From contig CAXGMD010000071.1 of the NCBI GenBank assembly GCA_964010765.1, positions 1-18,026 on the forward strand: a DNA stretch of 18,026 bases, in the 5' to 3' direction. The stretch comes from an uncultured bacterium. GTDB taxonomy: Bacteria > SAR324 > NAC60-12. The position numbers and the translations under genes were made by a program. Shown in pieces: positions 6,712-15,012 of this stretch. The notes below the pieces were generated by a model. That model did not search any database, was not told the origin of the DNA, and saw nothing but the letters and a program-made list of their open reading frames with translations. Within the stretch, counting starts at the first letter, position 1, and each line of letters begins with the position of its first letter.

Positions 6712-7152
6712 ATGAAGAATTTGATAACACGTGAAACTTGGCTATCTCTGTTGGCGCAAGCGTCTGTAGAGGAGTTAGATAGCTTGAGGAACACTATGCA
6801 ACCGAACCAGAAGATTCAAGTAATGAAAACGCCTGTAGCCGGTACTACCCTTGTCAGGGCAAGAATGGGCAATACTGGTAATCAGTTCAATGCTTTTGAG
6901 GTAGTCACTACAAAATGTGTAATCAAGTCGGAACGAGGAATTATTGGCTATGGATGGCGCCTCGGTGACTGTCACGAGGAAGTTGAGCTTGCCGCAATTC
7001 TAGATAGCGAACTTCAAATTCAACCTGAGGACTCCCTAGTTTGGGAGCAACTACATAAAATTTCTCAACGATTATCTACAGAACATCTTGAGTCAGCCAA
7101 GCTCGCGGCTAGTACAAGGGTGGATTTTACCACTATGGTGCGAGGTGAGTGA
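6712..7152 (+). CDS. phnG: C-P lyase complex subunit PhnG
   Basis: R..WLSLLA, P.AG..LVRARMGNTG..FN..EV.TT.C, A.LAASTRVDF.TMVRGE; first gene of the phn operon. Confidence 0.92.
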   Translation: MKNLITRETWLSLLAQASVEELDSLRNTMQPNQKIQVMKTPVAGTTLVRARMGNTGNQFNAFEVVTTKCVIKSERGIIGYGWRLGDCHEEVELAAILDSELQIQPEDSLVWEQLHKISQRLSTEHLESAKLAASTRVDFTTMVRGE

Positions 7153-7720
7153 AATACAGTCTGGTTTTTCAGATCCAGTCATGATGGCTCAGCAGTCATT
7201 TCGAGCCCTTTTACAAGCTCAAGCAGAACCTGGGACTTGGCACAGTCTACCTCGTACAGAAGAGATTTCAGATCTTCCGGGAACGTTGGTCGCAGTAGCG
7301 CTGACTCTTTTTGACCCAGAGACTCGTGTTTGGGGGGATTTTAGCCAGCATGCACTCAGATATTTGAAATTCCATTGTGGTTGCCCAATCGCTACTGAAC
7401 CCTCAGAAGCTGAATTTATTGTCTGGCAAGCTAAAGAGGGCTTGCCCCCGTTTAGTGAAATGAATTCAGGAACGGTAATAGCCCCGGAGACAGGCGCAAC
7501 CCTGATACTGAGTGTTCCCCAAGAGTTGGAAGGACATGTCGTCAAACTGACTGGTCCTGGAATTCAAGTAAGCAAGAGATTTAGCCCAGGTGGGGTGAGT
7601 TCGATTTTCTGGGACTCACTAATGAAAACGCGAACAGAAGCCTTGTTGGGAATTGACGTGATTTTTTGTAGTCCAAGTCGAGTTGCTGCAGTACCACGGA
7701 GCACAGAGCCATGTTTGTAA
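7145..7720 (+). CDS. phnH: C-P lyase complex subunit PhnH
   Basis: GFSDPVMMAQQSFRALLQA.AEPG, LTLFDPET.VW, L.FHCGC, GT..APE.GATLIL, LTGPGI, GIDVIF, AVPRST. Start moved from 7088 to GTG 7145, overlapping the phnG end. Confidence 0.92.
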   Translation: MSEIQSGFSDPVMMAQQSFRALLQAQAEPGTWHSLPRTEEISDLPGTLVAVALTLFDPETRVWGDFSQHALRYLKFHCGCPIATEPSEAEFIVWQAKEGLPPFSEMNSGTVIAPETGATLILSVPQELEGHVVKLTGPGIQVSKRFSPGGVSSIFWDSLMKTRTEALLGIDVIFCSPSRVAAVPRSTEPCL

Positions 7721-8817
7721 GTGCAAAAGGTGGAGAGACTGCGATTGAAAATTCCATCCGCCTGCTTGCGCAAAGACGTAGGGGCGATCTTTCCGTGGAA
7801 CAAGTCAGCTCCTCTCAAATTGTTGAGCAACTGGGATTAGCTGTAGACCGTGTTATGGCAGAGGCTGCGCTGTGGGAACCAATCACTGCAGCCCATGCGA
7901 TCCAACAGGCACGGGGTGATCTGGTGGAAGCTGTTTTTTTGCTGCGTGCATGGCGCACCACACTGCCCAGACAGGCGTTTAGCAAAGCGTTAGCTACAGA
8001 AAACATGCGCCTAGAACGCCGAATCTCAGCAACCTTTAAAGACATTCCAGGTGGCCAGGTTTTGGGACCTACCTTTGACTACACTCACCGTCTTTTGGAA
8101 GAAATTGAAGAAGATCCAAGCCCACCCAGCCCAGCGGAGCAGCTTCATGTAGAAGACTTAATGCGAAATGTTCCAACAGTAGCCCGCTTGCTGGAAGACG
8201 TGGATCTTATGCAGAGAGAAACTCCTGAGAACTCAGGCCATGTTCCCTTTGATATCACTCGTGAGTCTATCAGATTTCCTGCAGACCGGGACCAGCGGCT
8301 ACAGCTCCTTGGAAGAGGGGATGAGGGCTTTCTATTATCCTTAGCGTATTCAGTCCAGAGGGGATTTGGTGGTAATCACCCATTTGTAGGGGAATTGCGG
8401 GTGGGCTGGGTGATGATTGAGGTCGAACTGGAGGAACTAGATCTAGTGATTAGCTTAGGGGAGGTCAGAATAACCGAATGTCAAACAGTCCATCAGTTCA
8501 TCAGCACCAGTGATCAACCACCCCAATTCACTCGCGGCTATGGATTGGTAGTTGGTCACAATGAGAGGAAAGCAATCGCCATGGCAATTGTGGATCGTGC
8601 TCTCCGCTCCAAAGAACTGGGAGAAAGCATCCAGTTCCCAGCCCAGGATGAGGAATTCGTTTTGGCTCATCTAGATAACGTCCAAGCTTCTGGTTTTGTG
8701 TCCCATCTGAAACTACCTCATCACGTTGATTTTCAGAGTGAACTTCATCTGCTGCGTTGCCTTCGCGCAGCCCATTCAGCGAAAACATACTCTACATCCG
8801 AAGGAACAGAACTGTGA
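7711..8817 (+). CDS. phnI: C-P lyase complex subunit PhnI
   Basis: MFVSAKGGETAI, EAVFLLRAWRTTLPR, RRISATFKDIPGGQVLGPTFDYTHRLL, QDEEFVL.H.DNVQASGFVSHLKLPH.VDFQSEL. Confidence 0.96.
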   Translation: MFVSAKGGETAIENSIRLLAQRRRGDLSVEQVSSSQIVEQLGLAVDRVMAEAALWEPITAAHAIQQARGDLVEAVFLLRAWRTTLPRQAFSKALATENMRLERRISATFKDIPGGQVLGPTFDYTHRLLEEIEEDPSPPSPAEQLHVEDLMRNVPTVARLLEDVDLMQRETPENSGHVPFDITRESIRFPADRDQRLQLLGRGDEGFLLSLAYSVQRGFGGNHPFVGELRVGWVMIEVELEELDLVISLGEVRITECQTVHQFISTSDQPPQFTRGYGLVVGHNERKAIAMAIVDRALRSKELGESIQFPAQDEEFVLAHLDNVQASGFVSHLKLPHHVDFQSELHLLRCLRAAHSAKTYSTSEGTEL

Positions 8818-9653
8818 GAGAACGTAGCTACAATTTTGGCTACTTGGATGAAGCTACCAAGAGATCACTGCGCAGAGCAATTCTGAAATCCGTTGCGATT
8901 CCAGGACATCAAATTCCTTTCGGAAGCAGAGAAATGCCAATTGCCTTCGGCTGGGGGACCGGTGCACTGCAGATCAACTGTGCGTTGCTGGGACCTACAG
9001 ATACGCTCAAGGTGATTGACCAAGGTGCAGACGATACCGTTAATGCCATTTCGTTGAAGAAATTTCTGCATCGCATGACAGGTGTGAGGCTGACAGAGCA
9101 GACCTCCCAAGCATCAGTGATCCAAACTCGGCATCGGATTCCAGAAACTCCATTGCGAGCAGGACAAATCATGGTCTATCAGGTTCCGATTCCTGAACCA
9201 TTAAGATTTCTGGAACCCCGGGAAATTGAGACTCGTAAACTACACGCATACGGCGAGTATGGCGCAATGTATCTCAAACTCTATGAGGATCTAGCACACC
9301 ACGGAGAATCTAAGTCGAGTTATGATCATCCTGTGACAGTCAATGGATATCGTCTGTCTGCCCCTTCTCCCATTCCAAAGTTTGACAACCCCAAACTACA
9401 TCATAGTCCTGCCCTGCAACTGTTTGGTGCTGGCAGAGAACAGAGGTGCTACGCCATTCCACCCTACACCAATGTGGAAAGTCTTAGCTTTCAGGATCAT
9501 CCTTTCAGGGTTCAGTCCTGGGAACAATCTTGTGAGCAATGTGGAAGCAATAATTCCTTTCTAGACGAATTGATTGTCGATGACTCTGGGAAACGCCGTT
9601 TTGTTTGTTCAGATACTGACTACTGTCATCAACAACTGTCTAAATTGCTATGA
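8814..9653 (+). CDS. phnJ: Alpha-D-ribose 1-methylphosphonate 5-phosphate C-P lyase (radical SAM/glycyl radical), 279 aa
   Basis: YNFGYLDE.TKR..RRAILK.VAIPG.Q.PF, GWGTG, KVIDQGADDT.NA, IQTRHRIPE, and CEQC-X21-CSDTDYC cluster. Start moved from 8757 to GTG 8814 (GTGA overlap with the phnI stop). Confidence 0.96.
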   Translation: MRERSYNFGYLDEATKRSLRRAILKSVAIPGHQIPFGSREMPIAFGWGTGALQINCALLGPTDTLKVIDQGADDTVNAISLKKFLHRMTGVRLTEQTSQASVIQTRHRIPETPLRAGQIMVYQVPIPEPLRFLEPREIETRKLHAYGEYGAMYLKLYEDLAHHGESKSSYDHPVTVNGYRLSAPSPIPKFDNPKLHHSPALQLFGAGREQRCYAIPPYTNVESLSFQDHPFRVQSWEQSCEQCGSNNSFLDELIVDDSGKRRFVCSDTDYCHQQLSKLL

Positions 9654-10432
9654 CCTTTGGCTATCAACCATTGTTAAGTACCCACAAATCTAGTTTCTAC
9701 TACGGGAACCAGGTTGGTTGCCACGAAATCAGTCTGGAAATTGTTTCGGGACAGTTTTTAGCGGTCGTTGGGGAGTCTGGTTCTGGGAAAAGTACTTTGT
9801 TGAAGATGCTAGCAGGGGAAATTGAACCAAGTTCTGGGCAAATCACCTTCCAAAGTGATTCCTACGGAAAGGTGGACCTGACGCAATTACCAGAGGTTCG
9901 CAGAAGGCAACTAAGGCGGAAAGAAATTGGGCTAGTGACCCAACGTCCGTCGGATGGTTTGAGAATGCATATAAGTGTTGGTGGAAATGTTGCCGAACGA
10001 GTTTTGGTCAATGGTGTGCGGCACTATGGGCAGGCCCGAGAATTAGCGAGACACTGGCTACAAAAGCTGGAATTGGATTTAGAAAGAATGGACGAGTTGC
10101 CAACAAGATTTTCCATTGGCATGCAGCAACGTGTGCAAATCGCCAAGGTGTTAGCCTCTTCGCCGCGCCTACTTCTCTTGGATGAGCCCACAAGTGGTCT
10201 CGATGTCTCTGTTCAAGCCAGGCTTTTGGATGTTCTGCAGCAGATTGTGAGGGAGCAGAACTTGGCTGTAATTCTAGTGACTCACGATCTGGCCGTTGCA
10301 CGAATGATGAGTGATTCGATGGTTGTGATGCAAAATGGGCGAGTGGTGGAGAGTGGTTTGACGGATCAAGTTCTTGATGATCCCCAGCATGCTTACACCC
10401 AACTTCTTACCTCCTCCATTCTTCCTGCCTGA
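9650..10432 (+). CDS. phnK: C-P lyase-associated ABC ATPase PhnK
   Basis: Walker A GESGSGKS, Q.P.DGLRM.IS.GGNV.ER, FSIGMQQR, DEPTSGLDVSVQARLLD, ESGLTDQVLDDPQH.YTQLL.SS; ATGA overlap with phnJ. Confidence 0.95.
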   Translation: MTFGYQPLLSTHKSSFYYGNQVGCHEISLEIVSGQFLAVVGESGSGKSTLLKMLAGEIEPSSGQITFQSDSYGKVDLTQLPEVRRRQLRRKEIGLVTQRPSDGLRMHISVGGNVAERVLVNGVRHYGQARELARHWLQKLELDLERMDELPTRFSIGMQQRVQIAKVLASSPRLLLLDEPTSGLDVSVQARLLDVLQQIVREQNLAVILVTHDLAVARMMSDSMVVMQNGRVVESGLTDQVLDDPQHAYTQLLTSSILPA

Positions 10433-10434
10433 AT

Positions 10435-11133
10435 ATGTCTATCCAACTGAGAGTGGAGCGTCTCAGCAAATCTTTTCAACTGCATCATAGGAATGGACAA
10501 ACCAGGAGAGTGCTGGAAGGTGTCGATCTTGTTGTCAAATCGGGGGAGTGCGTAGTTCTCAAGGGACGTTCCGGCCTAGGTAAGAGCACACTGCTCAAAT
10601 GTGCTTATGGGAATTATCTTATAGATTCAGGTGAAATCTGGATTGACAAGGATAATGAGCAAGTGGGCCTTCACACCGCATCTCACCAGCAACTTATCGA
10701 ATTACGCAGACATACGATCGGTTATGTAGGCCAGTTTCTTCGGACTATACCAAGAACCCCGACCATTGAAGTTATCGCTCAACCACTCCAGAAGCGCGGG
10801 TTTCTCTGGGCAGACGCCTTAGAGAGATCTCAGCAAATCATGGCCCGACTTAATCTGGGGCCTGAACTTTGGAATTTGCCGCCTCTCACATTTTCAGGTG
10901 GAGAGCAACAAAGAGTCAATTTAGCTGTTGCTCTCGCATCTCCCTATCCTTTGCTTTTGCTGGACGAACCAACAGCCTCTCTCGATCCAAATAATCGAAA
11001 AATCGTATGCCAGTTGATCAGCGAGGCTCTTCAACAGGATTGTGCAGTACTCGCAATTCTTCATGACGAAAAATCCGTGGCGACTCTAGCCACTCAGACT
11101 TTTGACCTCACTCCTTTTACACCGAGGAATTAA
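10435..11133 (+). CDS. phnL: C-P lyase-associated ABC ATPase PhnL
   Basis: LSKSF.LH, GECVVL.G.SGLGKSTLLK..YGNY, GYV.QFLR.IPR, LW.LPP.TFSGGEQQRVN, LLDEPTASLD. Confidence 0.95.
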   Translation: MSIQLRVERLSKSFQLHHRNGQTRRVLEGVDLVVKSGECVVLKGRSGLGKSTLLKCAYGNYLIDSGEIWIDKDNEQVGLHTASHQQLIELRRHTIGYVGQFLRTIPRTPTIEVIAQPLQKRGFLWADALERSQQIMARLNLGPELWNLPPLTFSGGEQQRVNLAVALASPYPLLLLDEPTASLDPNNRKIVCQLISEALQQDCAVLAILHDEKSVATLATQTFDLTPFTPRN

Positions 11134-11134
11134 G

Positions 11135-12283
11135 ATGAGCACGCTCCTAACTAATGCCACTCTTCTCACAGAAAAGGGTACACAGCTAGGCTCTGTCATG
11201 TTCGAAGAAACAGTCATCACGCGTCTTCATGATCCTGCCCCCGTTGCAGACGTAGTTATCGACTGCGAGGGTGATTTTGTCATGCCAGGCTTGATTGAAA
11301 TGCACACGGACAACTTGGAAAAATGTTTTGTACCTCGTCCTCAAGTCCACTGGCCAGATGGGCTTGCTGCTATCTTGACTCATGATTCACAAGTAGCAGC
11401 CGCTGGAATCACAACTGTTTATGATGCTATTTGCTTGGGTTTCTATGATGACAATCAAGTGCGCTCTAAGCTCATAGCTGCCCAAATTGATGCGATCACC
11501 CAAGCCGAACAAATGGGCATGAACAAGGTGGAGCATTATCTCCACTTGAGGTGCGAGGTGAGTACTCCAGAGTTGAAGCCGCTCATGGACACATATTTTC
11601 CGCATCCTCTGGTGCGGATGGTCTCCATCATGGACCACACGCCTGGTCAAAGACAATGGCGGGATCTCGAAAAGATGAAAATCTTCTACAGCAAAAGAGG
11701 CCAGACAGATGAGGAAATTGAAGATGTTCTTTCAGAATTGAAAAAAAATCATGATGTCTGGGCGATTCAAAATCGAAAAGATTTGTTGGATTTACTACGA
11801 CATTACCCTCACCCACTTGCCAGTCATGACGACACTACTGAAGCCCATGTAGCCGAAGCAATTGCTGAAGGTGTAAAAATCAGTGAATTTCCAACTACAT
11901 TGGAAGCAGCACGTGCGGCGCGCCTAAGTGAGCAATATATTGTTGCAGGAGCTCCTAATCTAGTCCGGGGTGGCTCCCATTCAGGTAACGTAGCTGCAAA
12001 AGAATTGATTCAGGAAAATTTAGTAGATCTTTTGTCATCTGATTACATGCCAGTCAGTCTTCTTTCAGCAGCTTTCAAAGTTCACGAGCAATTCAATTGC
12101 CCGCTCGAAGATTCAATTGGGATGATCACTTGGAATCCAGCTGATGCTTTGAAACTAAGCGATCGGGGGCGTCTTCAGCCAGGACTCCGAGCAGATTTGT
12201 TAAGAGTCAAACTGCAAGGTGCTACCCCATGGGTTCGGCAGGTTTGGTCGGCAGGTCAACAAGTCATTGGGTCTCCTAACTAA
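11135..12283 (+). CDS. phnM: Alpha-D-ribose 1-methylphosphonate 5-triphosphate diphosphatase (amidohydrolase fold)
   Basis: PGLIEMHTDNLE...PRP.V.W, HLRCEV, MDHTPGQRQ, ASHDD, SEFPTT, GAPNLVRGGSHSGN, LSSDYMP. Start moved from 11102 to ATG 11135, with GAGG upstream. Confidence 0.95.
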   Translation: MSTLLTNATLLTEKGTQLGSVMFEETVITRLHDPAPVADVVIDCEGDFVMPGLIEMHTDNLEKCFVPRPQVHWPDGLAAILTHDSQVAAAGITTVYDAICLGFYDDNQVRSKLIAAQIDAITQAEQMGMNKVEHYLHLRCEVSTPELKPLMDTYFPHPLVRMVSIMDHTPGQRQWRDLEKMKIFYSKRGQTDEEIEDVLSELKKNHDVWAIQNRKDLLDLLRHYPHPLASHDDTTEAHVAEAIAEGVKISEFPTTLEAARAARLSEQYIVAGAPNLVRGGSHSGNVAAKELIQENLVDLLSSDYMPVSLLSAAFKVHEQFNCPLEDSIGMITWNPADALKLSDRGRLQPGLRADLLRVKLQGATPWVRQVWSAGQQVIGSPN

Positions 12284-12330
12284 TACCTAACCAAATCCTA
12301 ATCAAATCTAAGCCTTTTGTCTCTATTACT
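12275..12330 (+). promoter_or_regulatory. Pho-box-like internal promoter of phnCDEE, overlapping the phnM stop codon
   Basis: CCTAACT-AATA-CCTAACC-AAAT-CCTAATC-AAAT-CTAAGCC (12275-12314, 11-bp period), 9 nt, TATTAC(T) from 12324. Confidence 0.7.
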
Positions 12331-12357
12331 AATAGGTCACTTTTTCTAGAAAGCTTC

Positions 12358-13173
12358 ATGCACATTTCAAATCTTCGCAAAGAATTTGGCTCTGTAGTCG
12401 CTGTGAACAATGTTTCCTTCACAGTCAAAAAGCCAGAGTTTGTGGGCGTTATCGGTCGCTCCGGTGCCGGTAAGAGCACACTACTGCGGATGATTAATCG
12501 GCTGATTGAAGCAACTGGAGGGAGTGTTGAGTTTGAAGGGAAAGATGTCCTTCAGTTTCGAGGAAAGGCAAGACGAGACTGGCAACGCAATTGTGCGATG
12601 ATTTTTCAGCAGTTTAATTTGGTCCCTAGGCTGGATGCCATCACTAATGTCATGTTAGGTCGATTGAATCAGTTGAATCTATGGAGAAGTCTTTTCCGGG
12701 TTTTTCCAGAAAAAGACATCGTAGATGCGCTGCACAATCTGGAAAGACTGGGAATTAGTGAGAAGGCTTTGACCAGAGTTGAATATCTCTCCGGAGGTCA
12801 ACAGCAAAGGGTCGCGATCGCAAGGGCTTTGATGCAAGAACCAAAGCTGATTCTTGCCGACGAGCCCATCGCCTCCCTAGATCCACTATCTGCTGAAATC
12901 GTTATGAACAGCCTGCGGGAAATCCATGAGAGAGATCAGTTAACGGTTATCTGTAATCTTCATACTCTGGAAGCTGCTCGTAAATATTGTGATCGCGTGA
13001 TTGGGATGTATCAAGGACAAGTTGTCTTCGACGGGCATGTGACCCAACTGACACAGGAAGTTGTCAGGGAAATTTATGGAGCTGAAGAACTAAATGAAGA
13101 TTTGACTAAGATTTCTCTAGGCGACTTTCAAGAGAAGCACAGCAAATCTGCCAACAGAATTGTACCCGTTTAA
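12358..13173 (+). CDS. phnC: Phosphonate ABC transporter ATP-binding protein
   Basis: GRSGAGKSTLLR.INRL, MIFQQFNLVPRL, LSGGQQQRVAIARALMQ, ADEPIASLDP, CNLH. Confidence 0.95.
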   Translation: MHISNLRKEFGSVVAVNNVSFTVKKPEFVGVIGRSGAGKSTLLRMINRLIEATGGSVEFEGKDVLQFRGKARRDWQRNCAMIFQQFNLVPRLDAITNVMLGRLNQLNLWRSLFRVFPEKDIVDALHNLERLGISEKALTRVEYLSGGQQQRVAIARALMQEPKLILADEPIASLDPLSAEIVMNSLREIHERDQLTVICNLHTLEAARKYCDRVIGMYQGQVVFDGHVTQLTQEVVREIYGAEELNEDLTKISLGDFQEKHSKSANRIVPV

Positions 13174-13197
13174 CCACAATTTTCTTCGAGAGAAATT

Positions 13198-14124
13198 ATG
13201 TTCAAAAAATTGGTGAAAACACTGCTTGTCGCAAGCTTCGCAATTACCTCTGGATTGACTGCCTACGCTGGAGGGCATGCGCAGAAAATTACTGAATTCA
13301 GAGTTGGTATTTTAGGTGGAGAAAACCAAGCGGATCGACTGCGTCGTACAAAATGTTTTGTAGATAAGGCTGAAGCCTTACTCGGTGTTCCTACCAAAGT
13401 CTTTGCACCTGCAGACTACAATGGTGTCATAGAAGGTTTGATTGGTGGAAATCTGGACATGGCCTGGCTTGGTGCCTCTGGCTATGCAAAAGTTTATCTT
13501 GCTGACCCTAACATTGTTGAGCCAGTTCTCTCACTCGTTGGCAAGGATGGGAACTTTGGCTACTACGCACTAGGCTTTGCTCGAAAAGACTCTGGCATAG
13601 AAAATTTAGCTGATATGAAAGGGAAACAGTTTGCTTTTGGCGATCCAAATTCCACCTCAGGTTACTTAATTCCATCAATCGAGATTCCCGATCTTGGATA
13701 TAGCATGGAACCTGGAGAGCATTTCAGTGATGTCGTATTCAGTGGGGGACACGAGCAAACCATCGTTGGAGTTTACAACGGAGATTATGACGCAGGCGTT
13801 TCCTGGTCAGGTGGTACGGGGGACTGGGAAGACGGGTACGATTACGGAGCCTTTCGCCTCGCTTCTGACTCAGGACTTGTTGACATGACTGAAATGGTGG
13901 AAATTTGGAGATCTAAGATTATTCCAGAGGGACCCATTGTCTTAAGAACAACACTGCCCGAAAAAGTTAAAATCCAAATTACTGCATTGCTGGCAGGTCT
14001 AAGCTCCATGGACCCAGAGTGCGCTTATAGTTTTGGTGCAGGAGAAATAAAGGGGATGATCTCTGTCTCCCATGAAGACTACGAATCAATTGTTGCGGCC
14101 CGCAAAGCAAAAATTGGTGGCTGA
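13198..14124 (+). CDS. phnD: Phosphonate ABC transporter substrate-binding protein
   Basis: Signal peptide (..LTAYA|GGH), GILGGEN..DR, ADY.GVI, FGDPNSTSGY..P, SGGHEQ, IPEGP. Confidence 0.94.
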   Translation: MFKKLVKTLLVASFAITSGLTAYAGGHAQKITEFRVGILGGENQADRLRRTKCFVDKAEALLGVPTKVFAPADYNGVIEGLIGGNLDMAWLGASGYAKVYLADPNIVEPVLSLVGKDGNFGYYALGFARKDSGIENLADMKGKQFAFGDPNSTSGYLIPSIEIPDLGYSMEPGEHFSDVVFSGGHEQTIVGVYNGDYDAGVSWSGGTGDWEDGYDYGAFRLASDSGLVDMTEMVEIWRSKIIPEGPIVLRTTLPEKVKIQITALLAGLSSMDPECAYSFGAGEIKGMISVSHEDYESIVAARKAKIGG

Positions 14125-14135
14125 GAAAAATTTTT

Positions 14136-14162
14136 GGGCTCTAGTGATAGAGCCCTTCTCTT
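14136..14162 (+). terminator. Hairpin after phnD (partial terminator or mRNA-stabilising stem)
   Basis: Perfect GGGCTCTA-GTGA-TAGAGCCC (14136-14155) followed by TTCTCTT; a common arrangement after binding-protein genes. Confidence 0.7.
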
Positions 14163-14174
14163 GATTCATATTTT

Positions 14175-15011
14175 ATGAACTCCACAGCTATCATTAAATT
14201 AGAACGTCAACGTAATATTTACTCTGGAATAAGCGTTCTTACTATACTGATATTGCTCATCAGTGGCTTTCAAATCTCTGAAAGTCTCAATTCAGGTGGA
14301 TTTCTACAAGGTCTAGCAAAATTCCTCGACTTCCCCAAAAAGATCATAGATCAAACAGTTGAAGAAGGCTCAATTGCGTTTTTATCTAATGCAATTAGCT
14401 TTTTCCCGCCTCTTATTGAAACAATAAACATCGCATTATTTAGCACAATTGTTGGAGGGGTTGGAGCAGTTGTACTATCACTCGGCTCTACTCGTGGATT
14501 GGACATTCCTGAACCGCTGATACCAGTCTTTCGAAGAACAATGGATTTAATGAGATCTTTCCCAGAACTTATTATCGCCTTGTTCCTAATCTTTTTACTT
14601 GGTGTAGGACCAGTTCCGGCAACAATAGCAGTAGCATTCCATACCGCAGGAGCCTTAGGAAAATTATTCAGTGAGGTAACTGAAAATATCGACTTAAGAC
14701 AAGTCGAAGGACTGAAAGCTTGCGGTGCCTCTTGGACAGATCGAATTCGTCACGGTGTTTTTCCACAAGTATTACCAAACTGGACTAGCTATTTTCTGTT
14801 GAGACTAGAAATTAATGTGAGAGCCTCAGCAATACTCGGATTTGTTGGGGCAGGCGGAATTGGTACAGAGCTTTCCAGAGCTATCGGCTGGGGTAGAGGT
14901 GCCGAGATTGCTGCATTATTCTTCTTGCTTTTCCTCACAATCTTCTTAATCGATCAACTGTCACAAATGCTCAGAACAAAGATGACATTTGGGGCAACCA
15001 GAGTAGTTTGA
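14175..15011 (+). CDS. phnE: Phosphonate ABC transporter permease
   Basis: ETINIA..ST, R.FPELIIAL, AVAFHTAGALGKLFSE..EN, PQVLP, RLEINVRAS.ILGFVGAGGIG. Confidence 0.94.
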   Translation: MNSTAIIKLERQRNIYSGISVLTILILLISGFQISESLNSGGFLQGLAKFLDFPKKIIDQTVEEGSIAFLSNAISFFPPLIETINIALFSTIVGGVGAVVLSLGSTRGLDIPEPLIPVFRRTMDLMRSFPELIIALFLIFLLGVGPVPATIAVAFHTAGALGKLFSEVTENIDLRQVEGLKACGASWTDRIRHGVFPQVLPNWTSYFLLRLEINVRASAILGFVGAGGIGTELSRAIGWGRGAEIAALFFLLFLTIFLIDQLSQMLRTKMTFGATRVV

Positions 15012-15012
15012 T

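Noticed and set aside
10109..10132. PhnK ABC signature FSIGMQQR instead of FSGGMQQR
   Set aside because: The changed position is the variable one in ABC signatures; Ser, the second Gly, Walker A/B and the H-loop are intact.
1654..11134. Longer ORF-track starts for EEP (1731), phnH (7088), phnJ (8757) and phnM (11102)
   Set aside because: Family N-termini, RBS positions and stop/start coupling favour 1653, 7145, 8814 and 11135.
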